A DNA stretch of 64,000 bases from Candidatus Latescibacterota bacterium (GTDB taxonomy: Bacteria; Latescibacterota; UBA2968; UBA8231). Below the pieces are notes generated by a model. The model made no database searches. It had not been told where the DNA came from and worked only from the letters and a program-made list of their open reading frames with translations. Location of the stretch: assembly GCA_965221775.1 (NCBI GenBank), contig CBDCSU010000004.1, positions 1,024,001 through 1,088,000 on the forward strand, in the 5' to 3' direction. Numbering within the stretch: the stretch's first letter is position 1; each line of letters begins with the position of its first letter. Made by a program: the position numbers and the translations under genes. Of this stretch, positions 18,721 to 26,677 are shown piece by piece.

Positions 18721-20231
18721 TGCGCACCCCCCTGGCCTGTGCCTTCCTCCTCGCCGTGACCATGGCCGCCGCGGCCGACGAGAGCACCTGGTCGGCCGCC
18801 TCCCCCCACGCCCAGTTGTCTCGCGACCCGGCCCTGCTGCCCAAGGGCAAGGGGATGCTTTTCATCCCCACCATGACCCTGCCCATCGGCAACGAGCCCA
18901 AGGTCCAGGTCTTCCGGGACGGCCGCGAGGTCCGGTTCGCCTCCCCGGGCCGCGGCCTGGCCCTCGACCCCGGGATCTACCAGGTCCGGTTCGGCTCCGG
19001 GAACCTCGCTCAGCTGATCCGCAAGGACGTGCCCATCTTCGAGGACGAGACGACGCTGCTGAAGCCGACCTGGTCGGCCCTGGTGATCGACGTCATCGAT
19101 CAGACACGGACCTCGGTGAACGAGAGCTACGAGCTCTTCGACGAGAGCGGCGAGAGCTACGGGCCCGGTTTCGGCATCGAGGAGGAGCGGGGAGAGCGGG
19201 TACGCACCTGGATTCTGAGGCCCGGGGTGTACAGCGTCGTGCGCCTCGGCGACTCCTTCGCCACCATCGACAAGTTCAGCGTGCAGCTGCTGCCGGGGGT
19301 CGTGACCCAGCGCAGCCTGGTCTACGACAGCGAGGCCGGTGAGTTCACCTCCTTCTACCAGCGGCCGCTGCTGCACACCCTGACTCCGCGCGAGACCTCC
19401 GCCGTCCTCTCCCAGACCGAGCTCTCCGGCTCCGTCCGCGTCAACACCTCCCAGAAGACGGCCGGCGACAATCTGACGAGCGCGAACCTCGCTCTCCAGC
19501 TCTTCAACCACACGCGCTACAACACCGACCGCCACTTCGCCAGCATCCGCGTCCTCATCGAGCAGGGCGACAGCTGGCAGGAAGGCCAGGAGCTGCAGAA
19601 GGGGATCGACCGCGCCGAGACCCGCGCCACCTACATATACCGGCTGTCGCCCCGCATCGGCCCGTACCTTCGCGGCGTGATCCACTCCAGCGTCTTCCCC
19701 TCGGAGACGCGCTTCCCGATGCCGCGCGACCTGATCCGCAACACGACCAGCGGCCGCATCGACACCCTCAGGCAGGTCACGCGGTTCACCACGGCACCCT
19801 CGTTCTCGCCGATCACCTTCCGCGAAGGCCTCGGCATCAACTCCCGGGTGTTCCGGTTCTTCGCCCTGAACACCGACCTGCGCCTGGGCATCGGGGCGCT
19901 TCAGGAGGTGTACAAGGACTTCTTCGACGTCCGCACCGACTCGGTGGCCACGAGGGTTACCGAGCTCAAGTCGTCCTCCACCTCCGGCGTCGAGGCTCTC
20001 GTGATCCTCGACGCCCGCCTGTCGAGGCTGGTCAGCCTCGACTCGGAGTTCGACATCCTCATGAGCTCGCCTGACTCGCAGGAGTGGTTCTTCACCTGGG
20101 AGAACCGCCTGCGCATCGCCCTGACGAGCTTCGTCAACCTCGACATCACCGTCGATCTCGAACGGACGCAGGGACTGCGGCGCCTGGCCGCCCGCGAGCA
20201 GGTACTGCTGCGCTTCTCCCGGCTCTTCTGA
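18717..20231 (+). CDS. Secreted hypothetical protein, predicted C-terminal outer-membrane beta-barrel
   Basis: C-terminal part of ORF 17910..20231; signal peptide MMRTPLACAFLLAVTMAAAA; alternating beta-strand pattern in C-half; terminal Phe (QVLLRFSRLF). Confidence 0.65.
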   Translation: MMRTPLACAFLLAVTMAAAADESTWSAASPHAQLSRDPALLPKGKGMLFIPTMTLPIGNEPKVQVFRDGREVRFASPGRGLALDPGIYQVRFGSGNLAQLIRKDVPIFEDETTLLKPTWSALVIDVIDQTRTSVNESYELFDESGESYGPGFGIEEERGERVRTWILRPGVYSVVRLGDSFATIDKFSVQLLPGVVTQRSLVYDSEAGEFTSFYQRPLLHTLTPRETSAVLSQTELSGSVRVNTSQKTAGDNLTSANLALQLFNHTRYNTDRHFASIRVLIEQGDSWQEGQELQKGIDRAETRATYIYRLSPRIGPYLRGVIHSSVFPSETRFPMPRDLIRNTTSGRIDTLRQVTRFTTAPSFSPITFREGLGINSRVFRFFALNTDLRLGIGALQEVYKDFFDVRTDSVATRVTELKSSSTSGVEALVILDARLSRLVSLDSEFDILMSSPDSQEWFFTWENRLRIALTSFVNLDITVDLERTQGLRRLAAREQVLLRFSRLF

Positions 20232-20235
20232 CACC

Positions 20236-21333
20236 GTGGACGTGCAGCCCGAGGCCGGCGGCCGCCTCCGCATCACCGGGGCCTGCACCGTGGAGTCGGT
20301 GGCGGCAGGGTCCCGGCAGGTCCGGCTGCTCCTCCGCGACAGCGCGCACGCCGAGCTGACCGCCGACCTGTCGGGGATCACCCGCCTCGACACGGTGGGC
20401 GCCGTGTGGCTGCGGCGCCTGCCCTCCCTGGCATCCGAAGCCGGCCGCGGTCTGCACCTGGCCGCGGCGCCGGCATCGGTTCAGGCCCTGATCGACAGCG
20501 TCGACGCGGGCCCGCCGCCGGCCGCCGGCGCCGACTCCCGGGACGGGACGGGATTCCTCGAGCAGGTCGGCGAGGGCGCCTACCGCCGTTTCCAGGCGGG
20601 CCTCGACTTCCTGTACCTGGCCTCCGACCTGACCTGGGCCGCGGCCGCCTCCCCCTTCCGGCGACGGGGCGTGCGGCGCGGCGACTTCGTGCGGCAGTCG
20701 GCCGTCGTCGGGGCGGACGGGCTGCCGATCGTCGCCGTCATCCTCTTCCTGGTGGGCGGCGTCTCCACCCTGCAGGCGGCGGCCCAGCTGCGCCGCTTCG
20801 GGGCCAACGTGCTGGTGGCCGATCTCCTGTCCATCGGCATCACCCGCGAGCTGGGCCCGCTGATGACGGCGATCGTCATCGCCGGCCGCTCGGGGTCGGC
20901 CTTCGCCGCCGAGATCGCCTCGATGAAGTTCAACGAGGAGATCGACGCCCTGCGCACCATGGCCCTCGACCCGCTGCGGCTCGTGGCCGTACCGAAGATG
21001 TGGGCCATGCTCCTCACCCTTCCCCTGCTGACGATCGCCGCCGACTTCGTCGGTCTCCTGGGAGGTACGGTGACGGGGGTCCTCTCCCTCGACATCTCGC
21101 CCCAGGCCTTCGCCGGGCGCGTGCAGAGCGCCCTGTTGCTGAAGGATGTCCTCACCGGCCTGGTGAAGTCCCTCTCCTTCGCCTGGGTCATCACCGTCGT
21201 CTCCGTCTACCGGGGCCTGCGGGCGGGGGGCGGCGCCGCCGGCGTCGGGGCGGCGACCACCTCCTCGGTGGTCTCGTCGATCTTCGCGATCATCGTCCTC
21301 GACCTCACCTGGGGCCTCGTCTTCTACCTGTGA
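20236..21333 (+). CDS. MlaE-family ABC permease with N-terminal STAS domain
   Basis: STAS-like DLSGITRLDTVG; RELGPLMTAIVIAGRSGSAFAAEIASMKFNEEIDAL. Confidence 0.92.
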   Translation: MDVQPEAGGRLRITGACTVESVAAGSRQVRLLLRDSAHAELTADLSGITRLDTVGAVWLRRLPSLASEAGRGLHLAAAPASVQALIDSVDAGPPPAAGADSRDGTGFLEQVGEGAYRRFQAGLDFLYLASDLTWAAAASPFRRRGVRRGDFVRQSAVVGADGLPIVAVILFLVGGVSTLQAAAQLRRFGANVLVADLLSIGITRELGPLMTAIVIAGRSGSAFAAEIASMKFNEEIDALRTMALDPLRLVAVPKMWAMLLTLPLLTIAADFVGLLGGTVTGVLSLDISPQAFAGRVQSALLLKDVLTGLVKSLSFAWVITVVSVYRGLRAGGGAAGVGAATTSSVVSSIFAIIVLDLTWGLVFYL

Positions 21334-22109
21334 CCGCCGCACCGCCACCCGGGGGACTGCCGCCCGGCGAGCCCGTCGTCGAGGTCCGCGGCCTGTCCGT
21401 GGCCTACGGAGAGCAGGCGCCGCCGGTCCTCGACGGCGTCGACCTCACCGTCCGCCGCGGCGACATGACCTGCATCGTCGGCGGCTCGGGTTGCGGCAAG
21501 AGCACGCTGCTGAAGACGGTGATCGGCCTCGTCTCTCCCCGCGCCGGTGACCTGGGCCTGCTCGGGGAGCCCCTGCACGAGCTGGCCGAGCCCGAGCGCG
21601 ACGCCCTGCTGAAGCGGGTGGGGGTGATGTTCCAGTACGGCGCCATGCTCGGCTCCCTGACGGTGGCGGAGAACGTCGGACTCCCCCTGCAGATGCACAC
21701 CGACCTGGAGCCGGCCCTGATCGACGACATCGTCGACACCCGTCTGGGGCTCGTCGGCCTGGCAGGGAGCGGCGGCAAGCTGCCCAGCGAGCTGTCGGGG
21801 GGCATGCGCAAGCGCGCCGCCCTGGCCCGCGCCATGGCCCTCGAGCCGGAGGTCCTGTTCTGCGACGAGCCCGGCGCCGGCCTGGACCCGGTGACCGCCG
21901 CCGGCATCGACCGCCTGCTCCTCTCCCTCAACCGGGGACAGGGGACGACGGTCGTTGTCGTCACCCACGAGTTGCTGAGCATCGAGCGCCTCGACGGCCA
22001 GCTCGTCATGCTCGACGGAGGACGGGTCGTCTTCGACGGCACGGTGCGCGCCGCCCGGGAGGAGCAGCGTGACGACCTGCGGCGGTTCTTCAATCCCTCC
22101 GCAGCATGA
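21330..22109 (+). CDS. MlaF-family ABC ATP-binding protein
   Basis: Walker A GGSGCGKS, LSGGMRKR, FCDEPGAGLDP, VTHE; GTGA overlap. Confidence 0.92.
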   Translation: MTAAPPPGGLPPGEPVVEVRGLSVAYGEQAPPVLDGVDLTVRRGDMTCIVGGSGCGKSTLLKTVIGLVSPRAGDLGLLGEPLHELAEPERDALLKRVGVMFQYGAMLGSLTVAENVGLPLQMHTDLEPALIDDIVDTRLGLVGLAGSGGKLPSELSGGMRKRAALARAMALEPEVLFCDEPGAGLDPVTAAGIDRLLLSLNRGQGTTVVVVTHELLSIERLDGQLVMLDGGRVVFDGTVRAAREEQRDDLRRFFNPSAA

Positions 22110-22582
22110 AGATCTGCCTCATCGCGGCGGTCTCCCCCGATCTGGTGATCGGCCGCGACGGCGGCCTGCCCTGGCACTACCCGGCGGACATGCGCCACTT
22201 CATGCGCACCACCATGGGCCACGCCTGTCTCATGGGAAGGCGCACGTACGAGTCCCTGCCGCGCAGGCCCCTGCCCGGGCGTGCCAACCTCGTGCTGACG
22301 CGCAATCCCGACTACCCCGCCGTGGAGGGGATGCGGCCCTTCCTCGACCTGGAGTCCGCCCTCGACCATTGCCGCCGGGCCGGACGATGCCGGGTCTTCG
22401 TGTGCGGGGGGGCGAGCGTCTACGCCGAAGCCCTCCCCCTGGCCCACGAGATGGTCCTGACCCACGTGCCGGACCGCGTGGAGGGAGAGACCCGCTTCCC
22501 GGAATGGACGGCCCGGGAATGGACGGTCGCGGAAGAGAGCGAGGAGGGGAGGCTGCGTTTCGTCAGCTACCGGCGCAGGTGA
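22106..22582 (+). CDS. folA: Dihydrofolate reductase
   Basis: IGRDGGLPWHYPADMRHF, MGRRTYESL, RPLPGRANLVLTR, GGASVY. Confidence 0.95.
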   Translation: MKICLIAAVSPDLVIGRDGGLPWHYPADMRHFMRTTMGHACLMGRRTYESLPRRPLPGRANLVLTRNPDYPAVEGMRPFLDLESALDHCRRAGRCRVFVCGGASVYAEALPLAHEMVLTHVPDRVEGETRFPEWTAREWTVAEESEEGRLRFVSYRRR

Positions 22583-22620
22583 GGGCACGCTGCTCGGGCC
22601 CGCTCCGAGCGCGGCACCGC

Positions 22621-23760
22621 TCAGAACACGGAGAGTTCCCGAAGCCGCGCCACGATCGCCGGCAGGACCTCGACGACGCGGTCGATGCCGGCCTCGTCGT
22701 TGCCCCACCCCAGACTGAAGCGCAGGGCCCCGGCGGCCAGCCGCGGCTCGATGCCCATGGCCAGCAGGACGTGGGAAGGCTCGGCGGCGCCCTCGGTGCA
22801 CGCCGAACCGCTCGAGGCGCAGATCCCCTCCAGGTCGAGGCCGACGAGGACCGCCTCGGCCTCGACGCCGCGGAAGGAGAGGTTGAGGGTGTTGCTCAGC
22901 CGGTGCACGCGGTGGCCGTGGACGACCACGTCCCCGATGCGCTCCCGCAGGGCCGACTCCAGGCGGTCCCTGAGCCGCCCGATCCGCCGCTCCTCATCCA
23001 CCATCTCCGCCCGCCGGATCGCGGCGGCGGCGCCGAAGCCGACGATGGCCGCCACGTTCTCGGTGCCGGCCCGCAGCCCGCGCTCGTGCCCGCCCCCGAC
23101 CTGCCAGGGCTCCAGGGAGGTGCCCTGGCGCACGTACAGGGCGCCCACGCCCTTGGGACCGTTGATCTTGTGGGCCGAGAGAGAGACCAGGTCCGCCTCC
23201 AGGTCGTCGACCCGGGTGGGGATCTTGCCGAAGGCCTGCACGGCGTCGACGTGGAAGGGCACCCCGCGTTGGCGCAGGAGGGCGCCGATCTCGGCGGCCG
23301 GCTGGATCGTCCCGGTCTCGTTGTTGGCCAGGATGAGGGAGACCACCGCGGCGCCCTCGGCCGCCTCCAGGACCCGCTCCGGATCGACCCGGCCCGCCGC
23401 GTCCACCGGGAGGAGGACGACCTGGCGGCCGGACCGCGCAAGCTCCTCGGCGGCTTGGAGGACGGCGTGGTGCTCCACGGAGGAGACGACGACGGGGCCC
23501 TGCGAGGAGGCCGCCGTGCCTCGCAGGGCCCAGTTGTCGGCCTCGGTCCCGCCGCTGGTGAAGTGGATCTCCGCCGGATCGCAGGCGAGGAGCCCGGCGA
23601 TCTGTCCGCGGGCCCCTTCGACGGCTTCGCGGGCCCTCCGTCCGGGGCCGTGGCGGCTGGAGGGATTGCCGAACTCCTCGCCGAGGTACGGCCACATCGC
23701 CTCCCGGACTTCGGGCCGCACCGGCGTCGTGGCGTTGTGGTCGAGGTAGATCACCTTCAC
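22621..23760 (-). CDS. Cysteine desulfurase (IscS/NifS group I)
   Basis: YLDHNATTP, FTSGGTE, HVDAVQ, SAHK (PLP Lys), SSGSAC. Confidence 0.93.
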   Translation of the reverse strand: MKVIYLDHNATTPVRPEVREAMWPYLGEEFGNPSSRHGPGRRAREAVEGARGQIAGLLACDPAEIHFTSGGTEADNWALRGTAASSQGPVVVSSVEHHAVLQAAEELARSGRQVVLLPVDAAGRVDPERVLEAAEGAAVVSLILANNETGTIQPAAEIGALLRQRGVPFHVDAVQAFGKIPTRVDDLEADLVSLSAHKINGPKGVGALYVRQGTSLEPWQVGGGHERGLRAGTENVAAIVGFGAAAAIRRAEMVDEERRIGRLRDRLESALRERIGDVVVHGHRVHRLSNTLNLSFRGVEAEAVLVGLDLEGICASSGSACTEGAAEPSHVLLAMGIEPRLAAGALRFSLGWGNDEAGIDRVVEVLPAIVARLRELSVF

Positions 23761-24914
23761 CGGTAGCGCACGAGGGCGCTGTAGGCGCGGGCGATGACCG
23801 TCCCCTCGAGGCGCTCCCCGGGACTGTCGAAGGTGGTGCCGTCGTCGTACACGAACCGCTCCTGCTCTCCCCTCTCCACCCCCTCGGGGCCGCGGCTGAC
23901 CGCGACGGAGTCGGCTCCCGCGGTGCGCTGCAGCAGGCGGGCCACGGCGGCGTCCACCAGGTCGAGGCCGACGAACCGGTCGAGGCGCCCCTCGGACTGC
24001 AGCTGATCGAGCTCCTCCCAGAGGGTGCTGCGATCCTCCTCGATGCGCGGCGCCGCCAGAAAGTAGAGGGTATGGACCAGGTCGTCCCGGGAAAGGGTGT
24101 GCCAGGCGTTCTCGCCCGGGGCGTAGTACCATCTTCCTCCGTAGATCGTGGCCCCGCCCACCAGCGGATGGGTCGCGCCGTCGGACAGGAGCAGGAAGGC
24201 CAGGACCTCGCAGTCACGGTCGGCCCGGTAGCGCAGCTGGATTTGGTCGTCCACGGCCAGCATGCCCCCCTCCTCGAAGTCGATCCTCTCCGGGAACCCA
24301 CCCTCTTCACGCCGCACCAGCAGGTGCAGCTCGATCTCGATCGGTCGCGCCACCTCGGCGACGGCACCGGTCAGGCGGCGGCTTCGGTCCCGGACGAGAC
24401 GGACCAGGTCGCGCTCGGCGATCCTGGAGCCGTGATCCTGGTGCACCCGGCCGGTCAGGGGATCGGCCAGCACCAGGCGCAGGTAGGCCCACGGCGGCTC
24501 GACGCGCAGCTGGCCTCCGGCCACCAGGTCGCCCGGCAGTTGCCGCCAGTCGTCGGGCAGGGGGGATTCCCCGGACCAGTCGAGGTCCTCCGCCGAGGCC
24601 GAGCCGGCGATGCCGGCGTCGGGCAGGGCCAGCACCCCGGCGCGCACCGCAGCCGAGAGCCACGCCTCGTCGAGGGCCTCGGTCTCGACCGAGGTCTTGC
24701 CGTCGGCGTGCCGGAACCCGGAGATGGTCACCGTCCGGCCCTGGTGGGGCCAGTCGCCGAGGAGCCTGCCAAGGGAGGTTTCGGCATCGGCTGGCCGGGG
24801 GGCGCTGCGTCCCGGAAAGCCGCAGCCCAGGCATAGGGCCAGGGCCGCGAGGGACGCCCATTCGGCGGCCTTCGGGGTGCGCCCGGGGCGGCGGCTCCCG
24901 CTTCGCTGCATCAC
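23757..24914 (-). CDS. Hypothetical lipoprotein (FlgO/CsgG-like N-domain plus DUF4384-like domain)
   Basis: C-terminal part of ORF 23757..26258; lipobox-like LCLGC; DQIQLRYRADRDC resembles DUF4384; start overlaps upstream stop. Domain names tentative. Confidence 0.55.
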   Translation of the reverse strand: MMQRSGSRRPGRTPKAAEWASLAALALCLGCGFPGRSAPRPADAETSLGRLLGDWPHQGRTVTISGFRHADGKTSVETEALDEAWLSAAVRAGVLALPDAGIAGSASAEDLDWSGESPLPDDWRQLPGDLVAGGQLRVEPPWAYLRLVLADPLTGRVHQDHGSRIAERDLVRLVRDRSRRLTGAVAEVARPIEIELHLLVRREEGGFPERIDFEEGGMLAVDDQIQLRYRADRDCEVLAFLLLSDGATHPLVGGATIYGGRWYYAPGENAWHTLSRDDLVHTLYFLAAPRIEEDRSTLWEELDQLQSEGRLDRFVGLDLVDAAVARLLQRTAGADSVAVSRGPEGVERGEQERFVYDDGTTFDSPGERLEGTVIARAYSALVRYR

Positions 24915-26677
24915 TGTGCTGACCCTGCCTTCTCCAGGCGCCGCAGGACCGGCAGGAACCTCCCGGTCACGATCCTCTCCCAGCCCATCTCCGAGGCCGC
25001 CTCGTGCCCGGCCTCCAGCAGCCGCTCCCCTTCCGCGTCGGAGGCGGGTAGCGCGCCGGCCAGGGCCGAGGCCACCGCCGCGCCGCAGGCGCGCTCGCCG
25101 GCCTCCAGGACGCCGTCGTCCAGATCGAGAAAGGCCGCCGGATCGGCGCCCTCTGCCGGGCCGGCCCCGCCCCGGAGTGTGTAGCCGCCGCAGACGTGGG
25201 TGGCCGGCTTCCCGGGGGCCGTCGCCTGGCGCAGGAAGCCGGCGCAGCCGCAGGCATCGCTGACGACGCTCAGGGCGCCGAAGGCGAGGGCCTCCACCTG
25301 GGCGATGCCGAAGGGCTCGTACGTCGACAGCCCGAACTCGGCGTCGCTGCCCCGCCGCAGGTCCTCGAGGCCCATCCCCGGGGGAACGGCGCCCCCCGTG
25401 CTGCCGGCGTCGAAACCGAACTGATTGAAGAACACCACCTTCGTCCGACGGCTGCGGGCGTTGTGGTCTCTCACCCGCTGGTCGAAGCCCAGTTCCCCCG
25501 GGGTCAGATCGGGAGGGCCCTCGCGGTGGGCGGTGGGCCATCCGTACTCGGCGCGCATGGCCGCCACCGCCTCCGGCGGACGGGGCTCCGCGTCGGTGGC
25601 CAGGACGATCAGCGCCCAGGGGCCCGTCGACGGCGCCACGGCCTCGAGCCCCTCCAGGACCTGCAGGTCCCGCCAGAACCCCTTGCTCGGCACGAGCCGT
25701 CCCACGTGGGTGAAGACCCCGCGGGGACGGCAGCCTGTCAGGCTCTCGACGAGCCCGGCGAGGCTCTCCCGCGCCCGGCGGCGGTCCGCCGGGGCGAGGG
25801 CCGGCGCGGGGGGCAGGCCGTTGTAGACCCGGTCGATCTCCAGGCCGGCGAATTCCCGGCCGAGGAAACGCAGCTCCTCGACGACGAGATCGCCCACGGC
25901 GAGCACCGCGTGGCAGCGCCAGGCCCGGGAGACCAGGGCGTGCTTGAAGAAGTCGTCCTGCGGACCGAAGACGTCCTCCACGAAGCATCCGCGGGGGATG
26001 GCCGCTCGCAGGGCTCCGTAGAAGCGGGCGTCCCCTCCCGGGCCTCGCTCCACGAGGCGCCGGGCGGTGGCCACCTCGTGGGCGTAAAACAGGGTGTGCA
26101 CGCCGGGCTCGTCGGCCAGGAGGGCCTTGAAGGCCGTGGGCAGGCCCATGAACTCGTGGGCCAGGACGTGCAGCGGCCGCCCGCGGCGGTCGCCGAGGAG
26201 GGCGAGGACGGCCTCGTAGGCGGGCTCCGCCAGACGCACGTAGAGCTCGTATTCCCACTCCTCCTCGTAGCGGTCGGAGGCGAGTCCGAAGGCCTGGTAG
26301 AGCTGATGCTTGAAGCGATCCAGTCCGTTGGGGGCGCCGCTCTCCAAATCGACGAGGAGCACCTCAGGTTCCACCGCGGCCCCGTCCGGGCACCGGAGCC
26401 GCCGCCGGCCGTAGAGGATGCGCACTCCGCGGCGGGCCTCCACCTTGGACAGCGCCTCCCCCGCCGCGTCGGAGCGCACCCCGTTCCGGCTGTCGTGGAG
26501 GAGGATGCCCTCCGGTCCCAGGGCCTCGCTGCCCGGGCGCCTGAGGAGCGGCCCCACGAGGATCGTCCGCTCAACGGCCCGCCGGTAGGACCCGGCGGTG
26601 ATCAGCCCCGTGAGCACGGCGCCGATGCCGCCGACCTTGTGGACCGCCTCGTGGGTGACGTGGACGACGGTGGTCAC
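24911..26677 (-). CDS. GT-B glycosyltransferase resembling GT3 glycogen synthases
   Basis: HEAVHKVGGIGAV, AHEFM, HEVAT, VYNGLP, E-x7-E motif YEPFGIAQVE. Confidence 0.75.
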   Translation of the reverse strand: MTTVVHVTHEAVHKVGGIGAVLTGLITAGSYRRAVERTILVGPLLRRPGSEALGPEGILLHDSRNGVRSDAAGEALSKVEARRGVRILYGRRRLRCPDGAAVEPEVLLVDLESGAPNGLDRFKHQLYQAFGLASDRYEEEWEYELYVRLAEPAYEAVLALLGDRRGRPLHVLAHEFMGLPTAFKALLADEPGVHTLFYAHEVATARRLVERGPGGDARFYGALRAAIPRGCFVEDVFGPQDDFFKHALVSRAWRCHAVLAVGDLVVEELRFLGREFAGLEIDRVYNGLPPAPALAPADRRRARESLAGLVESLTGCRPRGVFTHVGRLVPSKGFWRDLQVLEGLEAVAPSTGPWALIVLATDAEPRPPEAVAAMRAEYGWPTAHREGPPDLTPGELGFDQRVRDHNARSRRTKVVFFNQFGFDAGSTGGAVPPGMGLEDLRRGSDAEFGLSTYEPFGIAQVEALAFGALSVVSDACGCAGFLRQATAPGKPATHVCGGYTLRGGAGPAEGADPAAFLDLDDGVLEAGERACGAAVASALAGALPASDAEGERLLEAGHEAASEMGWERIVTGRFLPVLRRLEKAGSAQ

